Below, piece by piece: positions 13,459 through 25,884 of a stretch of 47,372 bases of DNA. Origin of the DNA: Chiloscyllium plagiosum (Eukaryota). Position numbers and translations under genes: made by a program. The stretch is from positions 3,978,417 through 4,025,788 of the forward strand of contig NC_057718.1 in NCBI RefSeq assembly GCF_004010195.1, in the 5' to 3' direction. The notes under the pieces are model-generated. The model did no database searches. It had not been told where the DNA came from and worked only from the letters and a program-made list of their open reading frames with translations. Position 1 is the first letter of the stretch. Every line of letters starts with the position of its first letter.

Positions 13459-13791
13459 GTATCAATGGTCCAGTTGTTCTCCAGTCTCCGAGCCTGGAAC
13501 GTGTCACCGAGGGTCACACTGCCTGGTCACAGTGCACCATGAGGAACGCCGCAGTGATACACACTGATGTTCACTGGTAACGACTGTCCCCAGACCAAAT
13601 TATGGAGCGGGTTTTAACAGATCCAGGAAGTGGCTCCACACAATGGAGCCCACGATTCCAGCCTTACAGAGATTCCTCCAGTAACAGCTTCATTCTGACC
13701 ATCACAAACGAGCAGCCCAATGACACTGGGGTCTATTACTGCTCAGTCTGGGGAAAGATCTATGGGAGAGGAAGCCAGCTCATTGTAGACA
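13459..13791 (+). pseudogene. V1: disabled V-J Ig domain exon
   Basis: Paralogue of V2 with three lesions: acceptor AG changed to AA (ctttaaaa-gt vs ctttaaag-gt), in-frame TAA at 13578-13580 (TAC in V2), and a 12-nt deletion removing GFTE. Still ends YYCSVWGKIYGRGSQLIVD A|gtaagt. Confidence 0.88.
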
Positions 13792-15036
13792 GTAAGTAGA
13801 GTTTACATGATAATCACCTCCAACAATAACCTCTTGCCCAATGAATGAATTGGAGATCGGTTTGTGATCAAATGCTTGAGAATGTGATGGAGAGTGATCT
13901 TGGGGATGGATTCATTGTGGGGGGGAGGCTGAGCTCAGGTTCATTGTTGGTGGCCAGTGGGAAGAAAGGGAATACTTTTGTGACAATGGGAGGAGGATTT
14001 TGTGGGAAATGTGCTTTTTCTTTTACTTGCCCCATTGTGGGAGATTGGGCAGCCAATAGTAGATCAGATGTAACGCAGAGAAATGTGAGGATACTCAGAC
14101 TGGGAGGAGAAATAAGAGCAGTGGAGACAATTTTATTAAAAGTGCAATTCTAATGGGTGCACAGGAACAGATAGAGCTGGGAGTGTACTCTTTCATTAAA
14201 ATAAGCAATGAAATGTGTAAGAACCACTCTTTAAAGTTCTGTAGCAAAACGAAAGCATTGACTTCACCCAATTCACATGAAAGTGAAGAAATTCTGAGAT
14301 ATCAGCACATTCTAACTTCTGATGTGATGTCCTTGCTGCACTGGGATGGTCTTTCTTTCAGGCTTTTATTTTCTACAAACGGCAGAGCCGTGTTACCCTG
14401 TCTGTGAATGAACGCATGTTTGAGATTAATGGGATGTAATGGGATTAATCAGAATAGAAATGCAGTTGTTGATCACATTTTCTGCTTATTTCAAAAATCT
14501 GTCTTGCTGATAATAAATGTCATGTTTGAGGTCATTAATCAACCTGCTTTTTGTTGACTTTAGCTTGGAGATCAGAAAATAGTCAAAATGGCTGCAGTGT
14601 CGATTCAGTGACAGATTTAGTATGACTTGTGGTTAACTGGGGCTTTATTACTCATGCACTCTCCCCCCCATCAAACACTGATGAGAGGTGTATGGTTTCT
14701 ATATAATTTTAATATCACTTAGTTTGGAGTTTGGATTCTGAACTAGTGGCATGTATGTTTTGATCTTAGTGTGTATGAGAGGATTTAAATCTTAAAATGA
14801 CAATATTTCTGGAGTGATGATTGACTTTTTAAAAATAAATCAATCTGACAGAAGCAGTTCTTGGAGTGTGGATGGGAAATAGTTTGCTTTGGGAGAGATT
14901 TTATGAACAGACAAAGTAAACATTGAAATCATTAGGGTGCTTACAGGTTGATGGAATTGGGATTGTATTTCATTTCAGAGAGGCACATATTACTTGGAAA
15001 GCCTGATTTTTCTAATTCACAGAGTCCAGATGGGTA

Positions 15037-15352
15037 ATTAGATTAGATAACAGGTCCTTTGACCCAACAAGTCCACGCTGACCCATCAAAGAGTAACCCA
15101 CTCAGGCCCATTCCCCTACTCTATGTTTACCCCTGACTAATGCACCTAACACTATGGGCAATTTAGCATGGCCAATTCACCAGACCTGCCCATCTTTGGA
15201 TTGTGGGAGAAAACTGATGCACCCGGAGGAAACCCACGCAAACATGGGGAGAATGTGCAGACTCCACACAGACAGCTGCCTGAGGCAGGGATTGAACTCG
15301 GGTCCCTGGCTCTGTGAGGGGCAGTGTGAACCACTAAGCTACCGTGCCACCC
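15037..15352 (-). mobile_element. HE1-like V-SINE
   Basis: tRNA head, V-domain and (attag)n tail. Confidence 0.88.
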
Positions 15353-16527
15353 AAAATGTGTTAAGTATTTAAAACAGTTTCTGCTGATGAAAGGTGATAA
15401 TTTTGAATTTATAAGAATAGGGGACCTCAGGATAAGCAGTTTAAGTTGAGAATTGCCACCCTGAAAATGTCACAATTATCCCAACTCCCTGCCATTGGTT
15501 AGTCAATAAATTCTCTGTCCTTACTACCTGAAAACATTAAGGACTCTCATTGTATTAAGTAGCTTAATGTGCGGTACCTTATCAAAAGCACTTATTTGAA
15601 TTCAAATACATTATCGACTGGATCCCCTTTACCTATCCTGCTTCTTACCTCATCAAAACATTCCAATACATTTGTCTGGCATTATTTATCCTTAATGACA
15701 CCATATTGACTCTGCTGAGTCAAATGAGTCATTTCTAAATGTTCTGTCTATAGCATCATCATCATCATAATTATCATTACTATTATCACCATTAATATTA
15801 TTATTAATATTATTGTTGCTATTGCTTGTGGATGAGTTGCCTTCTTGAACTGCTGCAGTCCATATGCTGTAGGTAGATCCATAATGCCCTGAGGGAAGGA
15901 ATGCCAGTATTCTGACCCAGTGACCATGATGGATGAAGTAACTCCACAAAAGCTGGTATCTTGTCACCAAGTCACCCTTTATTGACATGTGCAGAGTCCT
16001 TGACACTAATCCATCTCCCTCAGAGCCAGCTCCCAGAGTGACCATGTGATGATGATACTCCTTTAACAAGGTTTTGTTGTCCTTGGATGTTTTTTTCAGA
16101 GACGTAGTAATGACACAGACTTCGAAAAGTCTGGGCTTGGATGGGTTTTAGGGCCAGTTTGATTGTAGCTCACAGATACTGCCTCAGTCAAAAGGTTTTT
16201 ATGTTTTAAAACATAAACACTGGTACAATGAAAAGGGAGAGGCCAGTTCTCCCAGATCAACTCACTCTGGTTTGGTTTGGTTTTGGCAGTCTAGCTATTC
16301 ACTGAAAGCAGTCAAGCAATTGTAAAACCTGCTGGACCCAAAGAAGCAGGTCCATGCGGATCCTCTCTCTGACTTCTCTCCTGTAAGACCCTGTGTTTGA
16401 TTTTACCTTCTGTGCCAAGAGGAGTTTATGGGGATTGTTGCAAGTACTTTGAACAGCTTCATTAAGTTGGGATAATCGATTGGGTTTTCAGATAGGTTAA
16501 GTTCATCTATATTCTGTTCTTAGTGGG

Positions 16528-16720
16528 TTTTGAGAAGACTTATAGCTCAGGTTGAGGTTCTGGATGTAGGTTTGCTCGCTGAGCTGTAAGGTTCATTTTC
16601 AGACGTTTCGTCACCATACTAGTAACATCACCAGTCAACCTCCAGATGAAGATGTTACCTATTATGATGATGAAACATCTGAAAATGAACGTTCCAGCTC
16701 AGCGAGCAAACCTACATCCA
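16528..16720. mobile_element. Penelope-like inverted-repeat fragment
   Basis: ggatgtaggtttgctcgctgagctg is paired with cagctcagcgagcaaacctacatcc. Confidence 0.7.
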
Positions 16721-18255
16721 TATCCTGTTCTCTTTTGCTTGTGTTTCATTCAGTAATCTTGTAAATAAATTCTGGCTTGTTTAAAATGATGTGGTTTGAC
16801 TAACAGTATCCGTCCTGGAATATTCATGTTGCACCCACTAAAACAGCAAGCAAAGTTAAGGTGTGGGAGACTTTCTGAAAATATTTTGAGGGGTTCTGGA
16901 TTGGTCCATAGCAGATTGGGAGCTGTTTGCAGGATTTGTTCTTTCACTCCAATTTGGGATTCAGGTTGTTGGACTCAAAGGCAACGAGTGGTCGGTGTTA
17001 GTGTCTTTTGTTCTGGGTATTGAATTCAGTTGATTTAAACAGCGCTTGGGAGAGCAATGTCTCTTTCGGTCACCAAGAGTTTTCTGGGGGTGGAAGAAGT
17101 GACTTTGGGGTTTTACAAGAGGTGGTTAAGGCCAAGCTGCTGGAATTATTAGACAAGCTGGGGTTGGAGCTGCCTCCTTCCGTGAGGAAAGGAAAGAAAA
17201 TTGCAGCAATAACTCAGCACTTACATTTGCTGGAAATGCCATTAGAATCTTTAGAGATGGCTAATATTTAATTGAAAATGAAACAGTTTGTATTACGATT
17301 AAAAGCAGAGGAAAGGAAGAATGAATTAATGGCTTTAATAGAACAAAAAGAAAAAAAGAGAGAAAAGGAGCAAAAAAGAGATAGAGAAGAGCAAGAAAGA
17401 GTGAGAGAAAGAGAGAGAAAGAAGAGAGTAAAGGAAGAAAGAGAGGGAGCTTGAACTTCAGAAATTGGCACTTAGCCTGGAAAGTCAACTGAAAAGGATG
17501 GAGCTGTAGGCTGAAGGTAAGCTGAGTGAGGAAAAGAGTGAGGATGAGCAAACCCATGGTAGCTAAAGGCCTGGTGAAAAACTATTTAAATATATTCAAG
17601 CATTGTCCAAATTTGATGAGAAGGATTTGGAAGCCTTTCCCAACTCATTTGAAAAGGTGGCTAAACAAATGCGATTGCCCGTGACCATGTAGGTTTTGTT
17701 GATCAAAACAAAACTTGTAAGTAGAGCTAGTGAGGTATTTGCATCATTATCAGAGGAGCTATCTGGGGCATAAGAGGAGGTGAAGAAAACCATCTTAAGT
17801 GCAGATGAGCTGTGCCTGAAGCCAACTTAGTGAAAGTGAGGACTGCAGATGCTAGAGATCAGAGTCAAGATGAGAGTGGTGCTGGAAAAGCACTGCAGGT
17901 CAGACAGCATCCTTGGAGTCAAACCTACAAACAAAGGAATTTTGATAGTTGGATACAGTCGGTAAAAACAAAGCAAAACTATGACTCCTTTAGAGAGATT
18001 ACTATTTAAAAATTCACCTCCTGAATTAGTGAGAACTCATGTGGAAGAGTAGTGAGTTAAAACAGCAAGATTAGCAGCTGGAATGACTGATGGTTATGAG
18101 TTGGTTCATAAATCAAAGTTTAGCTTCCAAAATCAATTTCAGTCCATGGGGGATGGAAATTGGGGAAAAGAAAATTCCTCACATGGAGATGGAAGGGTAG
18201 ATCTTGGTGATGATCATAAGGATAACTTGCCATGGATGAAAAAGGAACCCTTGAA

Positions 18256-18587
18256 GATTAGATTACTTACAGTGTGAAAACAGGCCCTTCAGCCCAACAA
18301 GTCCACACCGCCCCGCCGAAGCGCAACCCACCCATACCCCTACATTTACCCCTTACCTAACACTACGGGCAATTTAGCATGGCCAATTCACCTGACCTGC
18401 ACATCTTTGGACTGTGGGAGGAAACCGGAGCACCCGGAGGAAACCCACGCAGACACGGGGAGAACATGCAAATTCCACACAGTCAGTCGCCTGAGGCAGG
18501 AATTGAACCCGGGTCTCGAGCACTGTGAGGCAGCAGTGCTAACCACTGTGCCACCGTGCCGCCCACGGTGCCACTGTGCCGCCCACG
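18256..18587 (-). mobile_element. Full-length HE1-like V-SINE
   Basis: Well-preserved tRNA head (partly duplicated), V-domain and CR1-type tail, inserted within the Gypsy gag. Confidence 0.92.
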
Positions 18588-19471
18588 GTGAAAGGGAAAG
18601 GGAAGTGAAGGTGAAGGTGAAAGGGAAGGTAAAAAGCTTTCATATTTTCATTGCAATAAAGTAAGCCACATGAAATCATAGTCGTGGTGGGTTAGGAAAA
18701 GGACTGGGAAGCCAGATATCGGAAAACAGGATAAGACAGTGACTTTTGTTGAAGTGGTCATGGAAAGCACAGTGGAGGCTTGGAAGCTGCACCAGATTTA
18801 CAAGTTGGTCAGAGGTTGGCTAAGGAGGAAGTGACAGATCTTCTTAAACCATATAGCTGCAAAGGTAAAGTTTACCTGAATAGGCCAGGAGCAGCAGGTA
18901 AAGAAGTTAGAATATTAAGAGACACAGGATCGTCTCAATCTGTGATGCTGAAAGATGAAGATATATGTACTTCTGAAGGACTATTGCCAGAAAAGGTGCT
19001 AGTACCAGGAATTCAAGGTGAGATAAGAAGTTCTCAATTATGTAAAGTGAGCTTAGAGTGTCCAGTGAAGAATAGAAACATCTTGGTAGGAGGACTGGAC
19101 AAACTCTCAGCTCTAGGAATACAATTTGTCCTTGCAAATGATATAGCTGGTTCACAGGTCAGAGTGCTATCTATGGTGATTGAACAGCCAGTGGAAACTC
19201 AGGCAATTAAATTATTGCAGGACACATATCCTGGGACTTTTCCTGACTGTGTGGCAATGAGGCTACAAAGTCACTAGTTGAAACAGTGAGATCAAAGAGT
19301 ACTAATAAGAAAGTTGAATTGGAATAAGCAGAGACCCTGTTTCATCAGTTGGTTGGCACAAACTGAGAGCAGATAGATGATTGAGCAGACATCTTTAGCT
19401 CAGATAAATTAACTGAGTTACTGCAGAAAGATGAAAATATAGAGCAATTGGGTCAAAAGGCATATGCAGGA

Positions 19472-20037
19472 AAAAGTTAAAAATCACACAACACCAGGTT
19501 ATAGACCAACAGGTATAATTGGAAGTGCTAGTTTTCAGAGCGCCGCTCCTTCTTCAGGTGGTTGTGGAGGACACAATTGTAAGACACGGAATTTAGGGCA
19601 GAAGTTTACAGTGTGAACTTATATGTAACTGAAATTATACATTGAAAAATACCTTAATTGTTTGTTGAGTCTTTCATCTGTTAGAATCCATGACAGTTTC
19701 ACTCCTTTCATAGGTACAACACATAACTTTTTTTTTAAAGTTACATTCTCAGGTAAACTGTAACAATTGGTGTCAGCCAGATAATACGTTGAAGGTGTTA
19801 GCTCCCTGTGTTCCCTGTCTGACAAGATATTTTTCAATGTATAATTTCAGTTACATCACACTGTAAAGTTTTGCTATAAATTCTGTGCCCTACAATAGTG
19901 TCCTCCACAACCACCTGATGAAGGAGCAGCGCTCCAAAAGCTAGTGCTTCCAATTAAACCTGTTGAACTATAACCTGGTGTTGTGTGATTTTTAACTTTG
20001 TATGCCCAGTCCAACACTGGCATCTCCAAATCATGAC
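19472..20037. mobile_element. Penelope-like element fragment with ~175-bp inverted arms
   Basis: 19472-19650 is approximately the reverse complement of 19830-19999. Confidence 0.75.
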
Positions 20038-20658
20038 TATGCCGAAAAAGAATCTGAATGCATCCCTGGATATTATTATCATAAAAATGATGTCTTAATG
20101 AGGATATGGAGACCATCACATATTCAGGTAGATGAGAAATGGGAAGAAGTTCATCAAGTCATATTGCCAGTGGGTTGTCTAGCCTGGTACATAACAAGCA
20201 GAACCTCTGACACTGCTGTTTTTATCTGTCAGCCAGGTCTCCCTGGTTGAACCATGTTAACAGCCCCAAACAGGGGCTGACTACAAAGAAACAATGATAT
20301 ATTCCAAGACAGGATGATGAGTGGTTTGGAGGCGAACTTGCAGGGGGTGGTATTCCTCTTTATCTGCTGTCCTTGTCCTTCTCGATGGAAGTGAACCTGC
20401 TGCAGAAAAAAATGGTGCATCTAAATTATTGATCAGATTCTGACAAGAGTTGGGAAATATTATTCAACATGCTGTTTATTTAATTACTTCTGTTTATGTT
20501 GATGGATTTTTTTCCATCTAAATCAGTCACAGATGCATCTCAATTGTTCAGTGTAATAATGTGTTCTCTCTGTTTAACTCAAAATTCCTACCACTCTGCC
20601 AGATCCTTTCAATACAGCAGTACAGAGAATAAACTGATTCTTATCTGTTTCTTTAAAG

Positions 20659-21003
20659 GTATCACTGGTCCAGTCCTTCTCCAGTCTCCAAGCCTAGAAC
20701 ATGTCACCCAGGACCACACTGCCCGATTCCACTGCACCATGAGGAACGCCACAGTGACACACACCGATGTTCACTGGTACCGACTCTCTGCAAAAAAAAT
20801 TATGGAGTGGGTTTTAACACATCCAGAAAGTGGCTCCACAGAATGGAGCCCAGGATTCACTGAGCGATTCCAGCATTCTAGAGACCCCTCCAGTAACAGC
20901 TTCATTCTGACCATCACAAACGTGCAGTTCAATGACAATGGGGTTTATTATTGCTCAGTCTGGGGAAGGATCTATGGGAGAGGAAGCCAACTCAATATCA
21001 CCA
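20659..21003 (+). CDS. V2: germline-joined V-J Ig domain exon (open frame)
   Basis: tctgtttctttaaag| ... ACC A|gtaagt, 345 nt, phase 1/1. Encodes ITGPVLLQSP..ARFHC..VHWYR..EWVLTH..GFTERF..FILTITNVQ.NDNGVYYC-SVWGRIYGRGSQLNIT. Confidence 0.85.
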
Positions 21004-21289
21004 GTAAGTATAGTTTACATGACAATCTCCTCCTGCAATAACCTCCTACCCAATGAATGAATTGGAGATCAGTTTGTAATCAAGAAGATTGGGGAGGTGA
21101 TGGAAAGTGATTGCAGGGATGGATTCTCTGTGGGGAGGAAGCTGAGCTCAAGTGCAGCAATTTATTTAATTGTTTTGTGAGATGTGGGTGTCAATGGCTG
21201 GGCCAGCATTTATTGCCTCTCCTTCATTGCCCTTGAGAAGGTGGTGCAGAGCTGCCTTCTTGAACCACTGCAGTGACCCATTGATTGCC

Positions 21290-21655
21290 ATTCCTGGGCT
21301 GTGGTCGGGCTCCTACACAATCTATTAAGACTCTGCCAAACCATTCTTCAAAAGCTGCGATCGGAATTAAAGGTGAAGCTTTAATTGAGGGTTGGAGATT
21401 CCCCCAAGTCCAAACATGGACCAGCCTGTCTGGTAAAATTTAACATCGTTGCATAATCCTGACCAATAAAAATGGTTTAATATTTTAGACTGTGTGTTTA
21501 TATTCCATAAATGACCTGCCATTAGAATTTCATGAGCTAGTTTGAAAATTTTCATTCTAGTTCTCAGATGAAGTGACCACCTGATGGACCACTGCCTATT
21601 GCTCAGCGCCTGGTATTTGGGACTGTCTCTATCTCTTTATTAATACTTTATCTTT
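21290..21655 (-). mobile_element. Gypsy integrase zinc-finger fragment
   Basis: LAHE...AGHL....T..KIL.HFYW.GL..DV motif in ORF 21367-21555. Confidence 0.75.
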
Positions 21656-21696
21656 CAAACAATAACTCTCACAGACCGTTTCTGATTCCATTTCTG

Positions 21697-22337
21697 TGGA
21701 TAAAAACAGAAATCGCTGGAAAGTGTCAGCATCTGTGGAGAGAAATTAGAATTAATGTTGTGAGTCCAGTGACCCTTGTATAGAACTGATAGCAATGAGG
21801 GAAAATGATGGTTTTTATACAGAAGATGGGGTGGGGAGGAGGGTGAGTGTAAAAAATAGATGGAGATAGAGCCCAGTGTGAGAGAAAAACTGTTGGACGG
21901 ACAAAGGAGTGGGTAATGGCCTGTCTGAAGGAATGAGCAGCTGCTGATGGGGACAGTTAGTGGCTGACAATGGGTAGAGTGTGGTAGCTGCCTGAGTAAT
22001 GATAAGGCCTGGTATGTGGGGGAGGGGGAAAGCATGGGGAAAGTTGCTCAGTCTCTAAAATTATTTTACTCGATATTGATTCCAGAAGGCTGCAAGGTAA
22101 CCAAGTAGAAAATGAGGTGCTGTTGTTCCAGCTTGCTCTGAGCTTCACGAGAACACTGCAGCAAGACTGAGACAGAGATGTTGGCCAGGGAACACGATGG
22201 TGTGTTGGAGTGGCAAGCACCTGGGAGGTTAGGGCCTTTTTTTGCAGACAGAATGGAGGTCTTCTGAGAATCAGTCACGCAGTCTCCATTTCATTTCCCA
22301 AATGAAGAGGAGACCACATTATGAGCGGTGAATACAG
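21697..22337 (-). mobile_element. Penelope-like retroelement 3' part (GIY-YIG endonuclease C-terminus)
   Basis: KLEQQHLIF.L.TLQP.GINIE motif in ORF 22066-22278. Confidence 0.8.
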
Positions 22338-22349
22338 TTTGTCTCATCA

Positions 22350-22710
22350 CAGAATACTCAAGGGCCTGGATAGAGTGAATGTGGAGAAGATGTTTGTTGG
22401 AGAGAGTCAGATCCAGGGCACAGCCTTACAGTGAAGGGATGATCAATTACAGCTGAGATGAAGAGGAATTTCGTCAGAGAAAAAATGGTAAATCTGTGGA
22501 ACTCATTGCTGCAGAGAGCTGTAGAGACCAAGTCATTGAGTATATTTAAGATACGGATAGATAGGCTCTAATGAGCAAATGGATCAAGGGTTATGGGGAG
22601 AGAGCAGGAGAATGGGATTGAAACATATCAGCCATGCTCAAATGGCAGAGCAGGCCTGATGGGCCAAATGGCCTAATTCTACTCCTATATCCATGACCTT
22701 ATGGTCTATA
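22350..22710 (+). mobile_element. CR1 LINE 3' fragment
   Basis: Homology to the other CR1 3' ends. Confidence 0.8.
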
Positions 22711-22850
22711 ATGTCATGGTTACTTTGAATAATTAACCCCACTGGTTCACTCTGATACCCTTACCATCTGTCCTTTCTCACTAACTCTAAATTAGAGTTC
22801 TTCAGAACGTTCAGATGAGCTTTAATTTAGTTATAAATTTTCTCTTAAAG

Positions 22851-23195
22851 ATGCAAATGTCCCGGTCCTTCTCCAGTCTCTGAGCCTGGAACGTATCACC
22901 AAGGGTCACACCGGCCGGTTACAGTGCACCGTGAGGAACGCCGCAGTGACACACACCAATGTTCACTGGGACTGGGAGAAACCAGGAAATAAGATGGAGT
23001 GGGTTTTAACACATGACATGAGGAACATCACACAATGGAGCCCAGGATTCACTGAGCGATTCCAGTCTTCCATGGACCCCTCCAATAACAGTTTCATTCT
23101 GACCATCACTAACATGCAGCCCAGTGACGCTGGGGTCTATTACTGTAAAATGTGGGGAGATATCAGTGGGAATGGAACTCAGCTGACTGTAACAG
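22851..23195 (+). CDS. V3: germline-joined V-J Ig domain exon (open frame)
   Basis: ttttctcttaaag| ... ACA G|gtaagt, 345 nt, phase 1/1. Encodes ANVPVLLQS..GRLQC..VHWDWEKPG..EWVLTH..GFTERF..SDAGVYYC-KMWGDISGNGTQLTVT. The non-canonical WDWEK may indicate decay. Confidence 0.82.
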
Positions 23196-23373
23196 GTAAG
23201 TCTTGTTTACCTTAGAATAATCTGATACAGTAACCATTTCCACGTGGATTTATTGGAGAGGAGAATGTGTTAAATTCCTCTGGTAAAGAGAAAGCAGAGA
23301 GCTCGTTATAAACATAGAACAGTTATCTTCTCTTCTTTTACTCACGGATAGAATAAACGGTTTCTCCTCTTAG

Positions 23374-23456
23374 ACCAGTTCCTCAATCTCAAACTCTTTC
23401 TCTGTCTCTCTATCCTTTTGCTTCTCCATCTTGTTTGTTCTCAGTGCTGGGTTTAA
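23374..23456 (+). CDS. Possible short hydrophobic terminal exon downstream of V3
   Basis: Acceptor tttctcctcttag| 178 bp after the V3 donor. Phase-1 reading gives DQFLNLKLFLCLSILLLLHLVCSQCWV-stop. The sequence is CT-rich and hydrophobic in other frames too, so this may be chance. Confidence 0.3.
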
Positions 23457-23850
23457 CATTCTCCTGTTTCTGTCTGGTTTTGTTTCATTCATTCTTGGGA
23501 TGTGGCCAAGGGCTGGTACTTGTCCTTTGTGAATAGCCCTTGAGAAGAAGTGTCTTCTCTGCTACAGGAAATAGCTGAGGCTTGAATGTCTTCAAGGGAG
23601 AGTTAGATATAGTTCTCATGGCTAAAGGGTTCAAAGGGTAAGGGGAGAATGAGGAAACAAGGAAATGAGTTGGATGGTCAGCCATGAATATACTAAAAGA
23701 TGGTGCAGGCACAATGGGCTGAATGGCCTACTCCAGATCCTAGTTTGTATGATTTGAGCAGGTGATGGTGAACTGCCTTCCTGAGCTACTGTGGTCCCCT
23801 TGGTGTTGGGATGTTTGACCCAATGACACGGAAGGAACAATGATGATACG

Positions 23851-24547
23851 CTGTATATATCTGAGTATAAGTCGATATCATGAAAAAGTCGTCCCCCAAT
23901 TTTTTGTCTAAAAGTCTAGAATTTTCCATATATCTCATGTCAAATTTGACCCTGGTTCTTCACAGTTAACAGACCAACAGTTTTGAGTCAGTGTGACTGT
24001 CCATTGCGCTCCACTCTGGCATTCCAGTCAGCTGGCTGTACCACTCTGTTCCAGGTATTCCAATGCACCAGCCATCATATTCTGATCCAGATTCTCAGAA
24101 TCATTGTAATTCTTGTGTTTTTTTCTTTATCCATTTTGAATTTAATTTTGCTCCTCAAATGTGGTATCCCTGTAATAGTCAACCCCCTAAATTTAACTTA
24201 AAAGTAGACAAAAAAATCCAACTATTACTTGGGTATATACGGTATGTGTAGACCCACATGCACTTTATGGTACTTGGAACTGGGATATGGTATAACAGTG
24301 CCATTCTACTGTAGCAGGCAGAATGGAGACAGTTATTTTGTCGATAAATATTCGATAATAGCCATAGTTCCTTTTCTTTTTGTTGTATATTACTTTATAA
24401 AGAGATCTGGCTCTAGTTTGTCCATTTTTGACTCATACTAAGCATGATTTTCATCCCCTTGAATGCAATACCCCTGTAACAGTCAACCCCTAATTTCAGC
24501 TTAAAAAAACCATTTTAAAAATTTGACTTTTACACAAGTTATATACA
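23851..24547. mobile_element. Tc1/mariner (pogo/Tigger-like) non-autonomous DNA transposon remnant
   Basis: Degenerate terminal inverted repeats ctgtatatatctgagtataagtcga / ttgacttttacacaagttatataca, with an internal TIR-like end at ~24225-24244. Confidence 0.5.
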
Positions 24548-25569
24548 ATATTTCTAAGTCAGGATAGTGAGTGCCTGGAGGGGAACCTGAAAGAAATGCT
24601 GCCCATGTACCCGCTGCCTTTGGCCTTTCAGATGGGAGAGGCTGTGGGTTCAGAAGCTGCTGTTGGAGGAGCCTTGGTGAATTCCAGAAGAGCATCTTGT
24701 AGATGGTACACACTGTACATCAGTGTAAAAGGGAGTGAATGTTGAAGGTGTTAGTTGTCGTGCCAATCAGGCAGGCTGCTTCCGTCTGGATGGCATGAAG
24801 CTTCTTGAATGTTGTTGGAGCTGCACCCATCCAGGCAAGTTGTTCCATCATCCTCCTGAGTTCTGCTTTGTCGATAAATGGTAGGCAGGCTGTGGGAGGC
24901 AGAATATGAGCTATTCACCTCAACTGCTTTTGTAGCCACAGTATTGATTACACTGCTCCAGTTAATGGACAACTTAGTGTGGATGCCCAGGCTGTGTTTC
25001 ATCAGGGAATTGTTTTCCATTTTTCTGAATGTAATGTGGGCATCACTGGTAAGGCCATAATTTGTTCCTCATCCCTTATTGCCCTCAAACTGAGTCACTT
25101 GCCTATTCACTTCAGAGGGTAGTAAGAACAAACCACATTGCTGTGGGTCTGAAGTCACATGTGGGCCAGATCAGGTAAGGATGGCAGATTTCCTTTCCTG
25201 ATGAACATTAATAAATCAGATGGGTTTTTACAACAATTGATGGGAACATCAGGAATTAAGGTAATATGTTTCCAGCTCTCAGTTAGCCTGGAATTGTTGT
25301 GTATTATTGTGTTATGATTCGATTGTGAGTAAATTCAATAAAGAAGCAAACAGTTGGTGGCTTGTTTGGAGACACTGTTGCCCATGAGAGGTCTGGGTGG
25401 TATAAGGGGTGACTCTGTAATTATCTAATGCTGTGTTCATGGAGTGAAGGGTTCAGAGCCAACGCTGCACACAGGACCTCAACATTACTCCATCAGCCTG
25501 TATTTATCTTTAATTTTAGAGTTTAACAGAATACAAAGGGATTTGTTTTGTAGAAACTTGTTGTCTTCC

Positions 25570-25697
25570 TTAGACTTTCCCTCCCATGAGTCAGTTCCAC
25601 ATTAAAACTGAATCTGTTTCTCAACGTCACTTAAACTGAAAATTAAAGTGGGCACCAGTGTAACTCATTAAGATGCGAGCAATTTATTCAGGTAAGT
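25570..25697 (+). promoter_or_regulatory. Candidate promoter / non-coding first exon of the V4 receptor
   Basis: Non-repetitive island containing a kB-like site (revcomp GGGAAAGTCT, 25572-25581), AP-1 TGAGTCA (25587-25593), a CRE-like site (AACGTCA, 25623-25629) and an IRF-like site (AAACTGAAA, 25633-25641). Ends in a consensus donor CAG|gtaagt at 25691. Confidence 0.35.
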
Positions 25698-25884
25698 TCA
25701 AACACTCAGCTCTCAACTTTTTGGGCCGTCATTTCCCACAACCCTCTGCAGCTCCTGTTCTGCTCAATGACACTCCCACCTCCACCTCTGATGTCCTTGT
25801 CCTGAGCTAAATCCTTCCTCACCCCCATCCTGGTTACTCCCCTTCTTATGACCTTCATCCATTCCCTTAGTCCAAGAAACACAG

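Larger units (their letters stand above)
16045..20180 (+). mobile_element. Decayed Gmr1-like Gypsy LTR retrotransposon (LTR, SCAN-like gag, protease, start of integrase)
   Basis: Coiled-coil gag with FEKVA..W-type capsid motifs (17600-18120), protease ILRDTGSSQS (ORF 18780-19277) and an integrase-leading segment YY..NDVLMRIWRP..HQVILP (~20070-20170). Carries nested SINE and Penelope insertions. Confidence 0.8.

Noticed and set aside
17272-17454. E/K/R-rich ORF as a host coiled-coil gene
   Set aside because: It is part of the decayed Gypsy gag.
20750-20790. CACAGTG heptamer inside V2 (and a similar one in V1)
   Set aside because: Internal to the domain, with no nonamer at 12 or 23 nt.
25574-25691. 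Coding stalk exon between V3 and V4
   Set aside because: Stop codons occur in the usable frames, so it is kept only as a possible non-coding exon.
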